32,000 nucleotides of DNA from Zygophlyctis sp. KS116 (GCA_054661495.1 BAAFSQ010000068.1:12455-44454), one strand, 5' to 3'. Numbered from the stretch's first letter, positions 20,915 to 31,971 are shown. Translations and numbers: made by a program. Notes: generated by a model not told the origin, from the sequence alone.

Positions 20915-22905
20915 ATGTATTCAAGTCAGAATATGCATAACAGACCTGCAAATTCTCCAAAGACTCATAGGCTCTTGGACGCCATAGATGCAACAAGATC
21001 CCAAGCCGAACTTTTAATACAGGAAGCCTCTCATTTTAAACTTGCCAGGGACGAACTGGAACATAAGCGTAAGTCTAATTTCTCTTAAAATTACAGTATC
21101 TCTACAGTTTTCTGAAATTACTGCGTTTCAAGCAACATTGTTTGAATTGGAAAGGGCTCATATGGTTGCTAAAAAGAGTTATGAAGAGGATTTAGGGAAA
21201 TTAAGAAAAGAATTAACAGATAGAGGAATTCCTATTCCTCATGGACTAGACAAGAATTTGAATTTTTCTGATACTAATCCTCCAAAATTACCTAGTGTTA
21301 ATCCGAATGGTAGTTTATTTGGATCAATCATGAATACTAATGGTGGAGCTTCATTACCAAAGGATCCTACAATAGGTTTCCAAAATTTTGATCCTTCAAA
21401 AAGACCTCTAGTAAGTCCTATATTCCCTCCAAAAAAATCACTAAAGATGGAAGAAAATCAGTATCCTCCAATGTCACCTCAATCTAGAAAAGGTCCCCAA
21501 CAATTATTACCTTCTCAACTAGGAATTCCTCCTCAACAAGGATTACCATCCCAACAAGCGGCACAAGTACAGCCTCAGTTTAGTCCCCCACCAGGCCTGT
21601 CTCAAGGTCCAGGGTCAGCTTCAGGACCAAAGCAGCTTGGAAAACCTGCACATTATCCCGAGACAGTAAGAAAAGGCGGCGAAGATTGGTCTGTTTTTGT
21701 TAATCCAAACTCCACATCTATAAATAAGAATTCTCTTAATTTGGAACTAGTTCAAACTTTGGAACATGATTCTGTAGTTTGCTGTATCAAGTTTTCATTA
21801 GATGGTCTCTATTTGGCTACTGGTTGTAATCACGTTGCGCAAATCTATGATATATCTACTGGACAAAAGATTTGTACGTTGATGGATGATACCATTCCCA
21901 GAAGCTCTGGGGATCTTTATATAAGAACTGTTTGTTTCTCGCCCGATAGTCATCTTTTGGCAACTGGTGCAGAAGATCGTATTATAAGAATTTGGGATAT
22001 TACAAAACGTTCTATTAGAGCTACCCTGAAAGGCCATGAGCAAGATATTTACTCTCTTGACTGGTCAGTTGATGGTAGGGTTATTGTTTCTGGAAGTGGT
22101 GATAAAACTGTCAAGGTAATTGTATTTGAAAAATTAATTATAGGTTTGGGATGCCTCTACTGGGCAATGTCTGAGAACTGTGTCAAATGATTCAGATACA
22201 AGCCTTCCCGTACAAACTAATCGTGATTCTGGTGTCACCAGTGTCGCAATCAATCCTGTAGATGGTTATACTATTGTAGCGGGCTCTTTGGATGAAATGG
22301 TCCGAATTTGGGATTCACGGACTGGCCAACTACTGGAGAGATTTGTCGGCCACACCAACTCTGTTTACTCTGTCGCCTTTTCTCCAGATGGTAAATCAGT
22401 TGTTTCGGGCTCTTTAGATAAATCCCTAAAGGTTTGGGATATATCTCTAGTTACTCTGGAACGAATGTCAAAGCCACCTAGCCCAGAAAAGATTGAAACT
22501 GTTGTAACTGCTCATTGGAGGCAATCATTTAGTGGCCATGGAGACTTTGTCCTTTCGGTCGCTTTTCCAGGGAAAGATTACTACAACCCGATTCCTGGAG
22601 AAGAGATTGAATGGGTTGTCAGTGGAAGCAAAGATCGAACTGTTGCATTTTGGAATGCTTGTTCTAGAGAAAAGAGTGGAAAGGACCAATTTGCTCAATT
22701 TACATTACAGGGTCATAAAAACTCTGGTAAGTGTTAAAAGATTTAATAATGATTAGTTATTAGTATAGCCCTGGCACCTCGCGCCACTAAACTTTTTGCA
22801 ACAGGCTCTGGAGATCACAGAGCCAGAATTTGGAGAATATGTTCTGATGCTACTAATCCTTCACCAGTCTCTGATAAAAGCGCATCTCGAAGTCCTCTTA
22901 AATAG
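20915..22905 (+). CDS. TUP1: General transcriptional corepressor Tup1 (Tup_N coiled coil plus WD40)
   Basis: N-terminal RLLDAIDATR...ELEHKL helix (intron 21069-21096). HDSVVCCIKFSLDGLYLATGCN, DLYIRTVCFSPD, GHEQDIYSLD and LQGHKNSVIS. Confidence 0.95.
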
Positions 22906-22937
22906 ACTTTGTAGCTAATATATTAATCTTTGAGTGA

Positions 22938-23644
22938 TTATTTCAAGTCCAATTCTTGCGTGAAAATTATTGGCTCCTTATTTTCCACTGTAATAGTCCT
23001 AGACTTGAATCTATTGGACGTACTAACCACTTTTCCAAAATTAAACTCGATTGATTCATCTAAAAGTAAGATATTCACTAAACACCTAAATCCCATTCCA
23101 GACCACTTGTCTTGACCAGAGCAGCACTACCGATAGGAATCAATCCACAATTACTTTTAAACGTGTCGTCAACTATTGAATGAATTCTATGCTGACCAGA
23201 ATCCAACAAAAACACAATACTTTCCTTTGAAATCAAAAATATTTTAAGCCTTGGATACTTGTAGAGAATATTTATATTTGCCATTTGATGATCAAAACGA
23301 CCTCCTAGAGCCCCTATAGCAAGAATCTTTTCTATTTCTTGATTATTACTAATCATTTGAATGCATTTTTCAAAATCATTGGAATCCTGATCATCAATCC
23401 TAATAATTTTCACGTTTGAGTAAAATGATTCTACATCCGAGTCTAAAGAGTCTAGATCCCCAATTATTACTTGCGGAGTTAAATTAAGCAGCTTTAGTCT
23501 ATTTGCACCGCCATCAGCACAAATCGTAATCGGACAGTGCGGCCATAATTGCCTTACCATAGCATCAGGCAGCGGTTGGTTTAGAATGATTAATGCAGCT
23601 TTAGAAACATTATCAAAGATTTTATCCAAATTCCAAATTTCCAT
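22938..23644 (-). CDS. THI80: Thiamine pyrophosphokinase
   Basis: LNQP, CADGGANRL, GDLDS, DQDSNDFEK, GGRFDH and GLEWDL. The last exon contains VSTSN, stop 22938-22940. Confidence 0.93.
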
Positions 23645-23795
23645 GAGGCAGGCTATGGTGGGGGTTAAACCTAAAAGGCCTGCGCAAAAAAAGACCTAGA
23701 ACCATGCGCATAAATAGCCAGTGGTTGAGGTTTCTTTTCTTACGAAGTTTTTCGAGTAGTAGAATACTCTCCAAAACTTCTCTATTAATCACCAC

Positions 23796-23916
23796 TGATG
23801 TACTTTTATCCTATCCAGACTTTTTTGGAATAGGTTCCAATGCATCAATGATCAATTCATTCTTACTGAGAGCAACTTTTATTTGGAAGTTTGCTTATTA
23901 ATGGAATGTTACATTT
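23796..23916 (+). ncRNA. Probable box H/ACA snoRNA
   Basis: Two hairpins, each with lower stem, internal pocket and upper stem. The ACA at 23911-23913 lies 14 nt from the 3' upper stem and is followed by UUU. The hinge hexamer UGAUCA (non-consensus H box) lies 14 nt from the 5' upper stem. G-U pairs favour the + strand. Confidence 0.55.
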
Positions 23917-24085
23917 TTCTAATAAATTTCTTTTTTTTGAACTTTTTGAATTTTTGAGTTTTAAACAGATTATGAGATGCAGATCAATATTTCTGCAATA
24001 ATCATTCAAAGGATTTCTACAACGAATGAGAAATGTCTTGGAATTTTAGACAACTCAATAAAAAATAAATGAATTTTCTTCATAT

Positions 24086-25907
24086 TTAATGATGGAATAG
24101 TCTATATTCTGTAAAGGCTAAAGTAATTCCAAGTTTTTCTGCTTCTTTAATTACTAATCCATCATTAACAGAGCCTCCAGGTGCTGCTACATATTTTACT
24201 CCAGATTGAGAAACGCGTTGAATATTGTCAAAAAAGGGGAAGAAAGCATCAGATGAAACAACCAAGTCAGTCATTTGAGATTTCCAATCAGACTTTTCTT
24301 TTGTAGAAAGAGGTTCTGGATCTTTTTCAAAAAGAGAGTTGAATGAAGAAATATCAACTATTTGATCAGTGATATAGAGGTCGATTGCATTGGATTTATC
24401 GGCTCTTTTCACTCCTGATTTGAAAGGAAGATTTAGAACTTTTGGATGATGTCTAAGCCACCAATTATCTGCCTTTTCTCCTGCTAATCTAGTACTGTAA
24501 AGTTATGATTCACAATCTTACCAGTGGATACGGGATTGTTGACCGGCGCCCAAGCCCACAACTTGGCCATTTTTAGCATAGCAAACAGAATTAGACTGTG
24601 TATACTTTAAAGCAATAGTTGCCACGACCAAATCACGAATAGAATCTTGAGGGATTTTACAAGATTTAGTAACAATATTTGTAAATAGAGATCCATTAAT
24701 AAGCAAATCGTTTCTTTTCTGTTCCAAGGAGAGACCATAAACAGTTCTTTTTTCAATTGAAGATGGAACATAGGATGGATCCATTTTCAAAACACAATAT
24801 TTTCCTGATTTTTTCTTTTTAAGAATTTCTAGAGCCTCTGGAGAATATCCAGGTGCAATTATTCCATCAGACACTTCTTTTGAAATGATAGTTGCAGTAG
24901 AAACATCACATTCTTGAGATAGAGCAATCCAATCACCAAAAGAAGACATACGATCAGCTCCTCTAGCTCTTGCATAAGCACAAGCCATTGGTGATAATTC
25001 CATTCCTTGAACAAAATAAACAGCTTTTTCAATATCAGATAAAGGAAGACCAATAGCAGCCCCAGCAGGAGATACATGCTTAAAAGATGCTGCTGCTGGA
25101 TATCCCGTAGCTTCTTGTAATTCTTTTACTAGAGGCCAAGCATTCAAGGCATCAAGCAAGTTAATATATCCTGGAGATCCTGACAAAACTACAAATGGCA
25201 AATCTTGTCCAGCTACACAAACCTGAGCAGGTTTTTGATGTGGATTTGCTCCATATCTCAAATACATTTGCTGTTTTCCATTTCCTGCAAAAGATCTTTG
25301 AAAGTAACTTGAAATGGCATCATCATATTCTGCAGTATGAGAAAATGCTTTCAATGCCAACTTTTGTCTAGTTTCTAAAGTTGTACAAGGCGTAGCATCT
25401 TTTTGAAGCGAATCTTTTAATTCATTAATGACCAGTGAATAATCTTTTGGATCACATATCACTGTAACTCTATCATAATTTTTAGCTGCAGCTCTTAAAA
25501 GTGTAACTCCTCCTAGAATTTAAAAAAAAACTTAAAATACCAATATCAATTTCTTCAATCGCCAGACTTATTGACACATTTTCCTTACTGATTGTTTCCT
25601 GAAACGGATACAAATTACAAATAACAAAATCGATTGCATGATAACCTCTAGCGGTCAATTCATCTTTATCCGATTGTTCATTTCTAGCCAGAATACCTCC
25701 ATGAACTGCCGGATGAAGAGTCTTTACTCTCCCCCCGAGCATTTCAGGAGCGCCCGTTAAATCACCGACATCTGCAACTTGCAGTCCTGCATTCTTCAAA
25801 ACCTTTGCAGTTCCTCCTGATGCAATCAAAGAAATCCCTAATTGACTCAAACTAGTACCCAATTCAACCAAATCTCTTTTATCAGAGAGTGACAGGATGG
25901 CTCTCAT
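24086..25907 (-). CDS. ADE17: Bifunctional AICAR transformylase/IMP cyclohydrolase (Ade16/17, ATIC/PurH)
   Basis: [57 protein letters not shown] and RLFHH. Two short introns. Confidence 0.97.
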
Positions 25908-26095
25908 AACGATTTAACTCCTAAACTCGGACACTATTGTAAAGTGGACAAAATGGTCTAAATTACAGACAATACCTGAAAGACAAGATTTCTTTTCATG
26001 GCCAAGTAGACTAATAATGATGCATTACATTTTATCAATACAAACAGGCTTAATGATCAAGTATCAGCTTGAACTTTAGGGCTTTCGATCCAAAA

Positions 26096-26910
26096 ATGTC
26101 AGAATTTGCTCCATTGGTAATTACGAGTTTAACACAATAGGAATCAGATCCAGAAGCGCTGTTACAATTTCAGAGCTTTGAACAAACCGGACCTCTTCCT
26201 TCATCTGCACCGCCTGCAACACAGTCTTCAGGAGGGTTTTGGACTGTAGATTATTATAAGAAATACTTTGATATTAATACAAGCGATGTTGTCGAGAGGG
26301 TGACGGCTGCAGTGTATCCGAAAAAGGACTTTTTTGCTATTATTTCAGTTAATCCGGACTTGTATGGACCGTTTTGGATTCCAACAACTGTAATTTTCCT
26401 GCTTTTTGCATGCAAAAATATTTCTCAGTATGTAGCTAATTCTTTATCAGGGACTGATTATATCTTTAAAATTTCTGATTTATCATGGGCATTTAGTGCA
26501 GTTTATGGATTTGTCACGGTTATTCCGGCTCTAAGTTGGGCTATTTGTCGGTATTATCATCTTTCTTTATCTCTACTGCAATTGGTTGATTTATATGGGT
26601 ATGGAGTGTCTATTTGGATACCAGTAGCTGTAATTTTTTAAAATTTAAAAATATAGATTTTATCAGTAATTTCTAATGAAATTTTTAGATATGTTCTCGT
26701 AGGATTGGCGTTTAGTTTATCTGGTATTTTAGAATTTGAATAATTTTAATATTAGTACTTTTCAAATATAAAAATATTCAGCCAGTGGCAATAGCTGCTA
26801 ATTCTAAAAGTGCTTTAGCAGTGCAAAGTGGATTTATTCTTGCTTCACAAGCAGGTTTGGCTATTCTCTTCAAGTGGGTATTTTTCTCTGTTGTAAATTT
26901 CTCTCTATAA
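26096..26910 (+). CDS. Yip1-domain Golgi membrane protein (YIPF1/Yip5-like)
   Basis: FWTVDYYKKYFDINTSDVVER, PDLYGPFWIPTT and LYGYG..IWIP. Introns at 26117-26140 and two more near 26630 and 26724. Confidence 0.88.
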
Positions 26911-26973
26911 TTTTTTAGGATATCCAATCATCCGATCAGAAGTCAGGTTTTTTGAGTCTCAAATAAAAAAAAG

Positions 26974-28208
26974 TTACAAATCTCTATCAATTGTTTCCGA
27001 GTTAATTAATACCATATCATCATCTTCCGCTTGAAAACTATCATCTTTAGGCGGTGATTTGGATTCAATAGGACTTGCCTGTGTTCGAGCTTGAGCTGCA
27101 GTATCATGTTTAGATCTAGAAACAATCGATTGTCTTGAAGAATGAACAGAATGCAAAATAGGCTTTCTAAATCCACGAATTTCGTCTGAGAAACCAGGTA
27201 TGTACAAACTCCACTGCCGTTCTAGAATAAATTTCAAAATTAATCATACCTAATTCAAGCTGAAAGTCTTTTATTTCCACATGAGTGCTATTTCTATGTT
27301 TAGCAGCTTGACACGCCCTATAAATGAGTTGATCAATGAAGTTATCAGCCATTGTTAGAAATGCCTAGATTGATTATTATAAAAATTCCTACATTTTCAG
27401 TTTCAGAATCTAGTTCTTCTGAAAATCCTGTTTTCTTGAACAAGTCTGAAAGCTTGCGTTTTTTTGAACTTCCAGATAGAACCTCTACTATTGTAGCTTC
27501 ACGTGGTATTTTATCTGCTCTTAATCTGGGTTTAAAAGTGGATGGTACAATTGGTGATTGCTGATTAGTTATAGTTATATTAGAATCCAAAACAGAATAC
27601 ATTGGAGAGCTGAATACTCTATTTGATAGTTGTGGACACGCAGGAAAAACGGGAGGACCAGATGGTAACGGGAATGCTGCTCCTGATCTTGGATGAATTT
27701 TAGTTGGCTGAGTCGAAGATGATGCTGCAGAGCTTGAAGGGCCCATACCTTGCAAAATTATAAACTATATCTTACCCATTTTACTCGCTGCATTCACGAA
27801 TTGTTGACTATTAGCAGAATTTCTTAATTGCTGTAAATCCCCTTCGAATTTAGCTTTGAATCCCAGAAACCGTTCTCTTTCCTCTGCTCCTAAATTAGGA
27901 TTTTTCAGTGCCTCGTCAACCTTGTTAACTTGCATCACCAACTGTTGGGCCATTCTATGCATCGCCATAACTGCCGACGCATGCTGTGATCTTGGATTTA
28001 CAGGTTGGGATCTATTGACAGGGGAAATTGCCGGTTTCTTAGATTGCATCATCATCATCTGCAGTGTATTTTTCTGTGATGCAGAAAGATTAGAATTCAG
28101 AGCCGCCTGCAGTTGGGCTGGAGTCAAATTAAGAGACCCTGGTCTTGGCTTTGGAGATGGCTTTGGAGACTCTTGAGGAATGTTTGTATTATCAAAAATA
28201 TGTTCCAT
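26974..28208 (-). CDS. TAF12: TFIID/SAGA subunit TAF12
   Basis: Histone fold KRKLSDL...LDSETE...MADNFID...AKHRNS...KDFQLELERQWSLYIPGF after a Q/P-rich N-terminus. Three short introns. Confidence 0.9.
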
Positions 28209-28279
28209 TTCTTGCTTTTCGACTGAATTTGTGAAACCCTAATTAGAGAAACTCTTTCGGATGGAAAAACTTTATTATT

Positions 28280-30223
28280 TTAGCTTTCGCTATCTAAAAA
28301 GAAGTAATTACCGCCAAGCTATTACATTTACAATATTTACAAATTACCTTTTGCTCCTTGTCTTTAACAGAATCATACTTGTTAATTCTAGGTCTGAAAT
28401 TGGTAGGATCACGCCTAAAAGTGATTTCAAGATCTTTCAAGAAGCGATTCATTCCAGACAATAAAGACTCTGGGCTGTTTGCACGCGCTTTAACAGAAGG
28501 TTGGCCATCATAGACAATAACACGGTCAGCTAAATATGTAGCCATTATAAAATCATGTTCGACGATAAATGCAGTCTTTTTTGAATGGAATATAAATCTA
28601 TAATTAGAATGAAATTGCGAATATTTGCATAAAAGAGTTAGTAACATACTTCTTTATAACCTTTGCTGCAATAATTCTTTGCTCGGAATCTAAATATGCT
28701 GAAGGTTCATCAATAAGGTAAATATCAGCAGGAGTTCCCAAACATAATACAATAGCGACACGTTGAAGTTCACCACCGGATAGTGTAGTAACCTGTTGAT
28801 CAATTATTTTTTCAATTTGTAAAGGCTTAACTACATCTGTCTGGAACTGAGGATGCATAAACATAGCCTTAATCTTTTTTAACAACAAAAGTCGAACACT
28901 TCCCTCAAACTTTGGCGCAATTTTTTGAGGTTTGTAACTCACATTTAATTCTGGCACTTGTTCATCCCCATCAGCTTTGAGGGCACCGGCGAGCATTCTT
29001 ATAAATGTGGTTTTTCCAGTTCCATTTTGACCAAGCATTACAAGAATTTCAGAATCAGTAAAGGATCCATGAGTAATATCTAAATGGAAATCACCCAATG
29101 ATTTACTCATATCTGGATAGTCGTAGAGTCTATTCTTGTCAATATCTAAGCCCTCATCTGCAGTTTCAGCAAGCTTAAAAGTAAGAGATTCATCCCTAAA
29201 TCGCAGATTTTCTGTAGGTACATGACCGTCCAAGAATATATTAATTCCTACAAAATCACTAAAAAGTTGAATCTACCTTCTCGAACACTAAATGGAAGTG
29301 TAACAACACCATAAGCACTTGGCATCCCATACAAAACACAAATAAAATCAGACAGATAATCCAACACGGATAAATCATGTTCCACGACAATCACATAAGA
29401 AGTTGGAGACAAAAGACTTCTAATAACTCTAGCAGCATTTAATCTTTGCTTTACATCTAAATAAGAAGAAGGTTCATCAAACATATAACTATTATTAATC
29501 AGAAAAATCTTACACGTCTGCCTTTTGAACACATGCAACTGAAATAGCAAAACGTTGCAATTCACCTCCAGACAATTGATCAACACTTCTACCAAGTACA
29601 TCTTGAAGATCTAAAAGAGAGATCATTTCTTCACTATTCCCTCTTTCTACTTTAGCCTTCAATATATCCTCTACTTTTCCTTTCACAGCCTTTGGAAGAT
29701 TATCCACATACTGTGGTTTAATGATAGCTTTAAGATTATCTTCTAAAATCTTTGTAAAGTAATTTTGAAGCTCTGAACCTCTAAAATACTTTAAAATATC
29801 TTCCCAGTCTGGTGGATCTGAAAAACGACCCAAATTAGGCTTCAACTTCCCAGCCAAAATTTTTAGAGCAGTTGATTTCCCGATACCATTAGTTCCTACC
29901 AGTCCCAAAACCTGTCCTGGTCTTGGAACAGGAAGCCTATGCAATTTAAAAGAATTTGCAGAGTATCGATGAGTTGTATCCTTTTCTAAATTTGTAGGTA
30001 AATTTATGATTGAGATTGCTTCAAACGGACATTTTTTAGGACAAATACCACATCCAATACACAATTCTTCTGAAATAAAAGCAACTTTTGACTTTGAATC
30101 AACCTCTATACAGAGCTTCCCCATTCGCACCACCGGACATGACTTTTTGCATTCCTGTCTGCACTTTTTCGGCTTGCATTTATCTGTAGAAACGATTGCG
30201 ATCCTTGTCAGTTTGTCACTCAT
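28280..30223 (-). CDS. RLI1: ABCE1/Rli1 ribosome-recycling ATPase
   Basis: Fe-S domain [15 protein letters not shown]...[12 protein letters not shown], two ABC domains (GTNGIGKST; GQNGTGKTT; LSGGELQR), and C-terminus [10 protein letters not shown]. Confidence 0.98.
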
Positions 30224-30361
30224 CGTTTCCTGCGCCGCTGTCTATCCTAGGCCTGAATTATGAGCATTGACCTTTGTGGCTTACACTAGTCACTGACGCT
30301 CTGGCCGTTAGAGTGTATTGTCTGCTCTTGAGCTTTTAAGATTTGTAAAAGGAAAGATAAT

Positions 30362-31718
30362 ATGGAAAATGTCGTTTTATTAAGGAATGAAGCGGTCTCA
30401 AGGCAAATGCCAGAAATTAGATTTTATTTGGGAGAAATAGTGGATTCTGGACAATTAACCCTAACCAACTTTAGACTCTTATGGATCTCTGCAAAGGATT
30501 CAAGGGAAATATCTCTCAGTGACATTGTTAAAATTGAATCTTTTGCTGGATTCTTTAATATGTCTTCTCCAAAAATTATTCTAGATGTTACTAAAATTCA
30601 ACAAAAGACGTTGGAAACCCTAAAAGATTGGGAATGCGGTGTCTGTAATAAGATTAATCAAGGGAATAATGATAAATGTTTAGAATGTGGGGTTTGGAAT
30701 CGTAGAGTAGAATTTAAGAATGATGGAAGAGTTTGTGAAAAATGTACATTTATTAATCAGTCAAAAGATGTTTGTGAAATTTGTGGAAATTCATTACTAG
30801 TAAATGTAGATACAATACAAGTAAAACTTTCATTTAGACAAGGGGGCATGATGGATTTTTTACTAGATTTACAAAAATATTGGAATAAGAAGGATTGGGA
30901 GAATCTAAATTCTCCTTCTAAAGGGGGTGTTGGTGGCGTGTCTACAGTACTAAACAGGATTAATGAAGCAAAGATAAAGGTAAATATGCTTATAGTAATT
31001 CAAAGGATGATCAAGTGATGTCTAATGCTTTTTCTGATTTAAAGGCTTTAATGAATTCAGCCCAGGAAATGGTTAATTTGGCAACTACTATTTCAACTAA
31101 AGTAGCTGCTGTAAAAGTATCAGAGACAGAATCAAGAGAGATTATGGAATTTAGAAACTCTTTAATGAATTTAGGAATAAATGATCCTGTTACAAGAAAA
31201 GGAACAAAAAATGATTATTTTCTAAAATTATCTACTCAAATTCAAGAATTCTTGGACCGATACTTTAAGACAAAACATCCAAAGATTATTTCTACTATTG
31301 ATCTATATTGTCTATTTAATAGAGCTAGAGGATTGGGTAAGTTTGAAATTTTAACAACAAGATATGGTTTCTCCTCAGGATCTTATAAGAGCATGTGAAT
31401 CATTTACAAATGATTCGAGATATAAATTACGGTGTTTTGAAGGAGGAGGGAAATTTGTTCAATCTACAAAATTGAATGATGACGATTTTTATAAACAGGT
31501 TTTAAGAATTCTATCAGACCAAGAATATTTAACTGCATCTTCTCTTGCACTTGAAGAAAATATCTCAATGATTTTAGCAAAAGAGGAACTTTTGGTACGT
31601 GTATAATATCTTTTAATGACAGTTAATGGAATCTAAAGGACTCTTATGCCGAGATGAAACTATCCAAGGACTATTCTTTTATCCAAATAAGTTTCTGTCT
31701 GTTGATGTAACACAATGA
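30362..31718 (+). CDS. VPS36: ESCRT-II subunit Vps36
   Basis: Split GLUE domain (LTNFRLLW; KLSFRQGG) with two NZF fingers (WECGVC..N..CLEC; CEKCTFIN..CEIC), DLYCLFNRARG and LCRDETIQG. Three short introns. Confidence 0.93.
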
Positions 31719-31891
31719 TTTGCATTTTCTGTCCGAGACACAGATTGTACAAATGGAATCCGCCAACTGTTTTATTTTGCATTACTCTAAATGAATACAA
31801 TTTATTGTTCCCAGATTGTCTATTCTATTTGTATTCTCTAGACATTAAATTCTCGATATTCCGATTAATTAAGAGCAGTGATGGCACGAAT

Positions 31892-31958
31892 GGGTTTTAG
31901 GGTTTTGGGTTTTTTGGGTTTTATGGGTTAAACCCAAATGAGGCTGAGGGTTTATGGG
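31892..31958 (+). repeat. Degenerate telomere-like GGGTTT(T) array, G-quadruplex-type motif
   Basis: GGG at 31892, 31900, 31907, 31916, 31925, 31948 and 31956. Confidence 0.75.
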
Positions 31959-31971
31959 TTATAAATTCAAA

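Noticed and set aside
23645-23920. TPP riboswitch upstream of thiamine pyrophosphokinase
   Set aside because: CTGAGA and CCTGCGCA occur only on the opposite strand and in the wrong order, and the aptamer core cannot be assembled on the gene's strand.
23700-24060. U5, U3, snR30/U17, telomerase RNA or hammerhead identity; also ORF 23704-23901
   Set aside because: No GCCUUUUAC loop, U3 boxes, m1/m2 motifs, CCCUAA template or CUGAUGA/GAAA core were found. The ORF has no recognisable protein features and overlaps the hairpins.
25908-26095. C/D snoRNA in the ADE17/Yip1 spacer
   Set aside because: An ATGATG is present but there is no downstream CTGA with a terminal stem or recognisable guide. It is adequately explained as a divergent promoter.
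637-31718. Pseudogenes, programmed frameshifts or an alternative genetic code as the cause of fragmented ORFs
   Set aside because: The breaks I examined are each repaired by a GT-AG micro-intron that restores conserved motifs under the standard code.
31892-31958. True chromosome telomere
   Set aside because: The array is short and irregular, and unique sequence with an ATG follows it.
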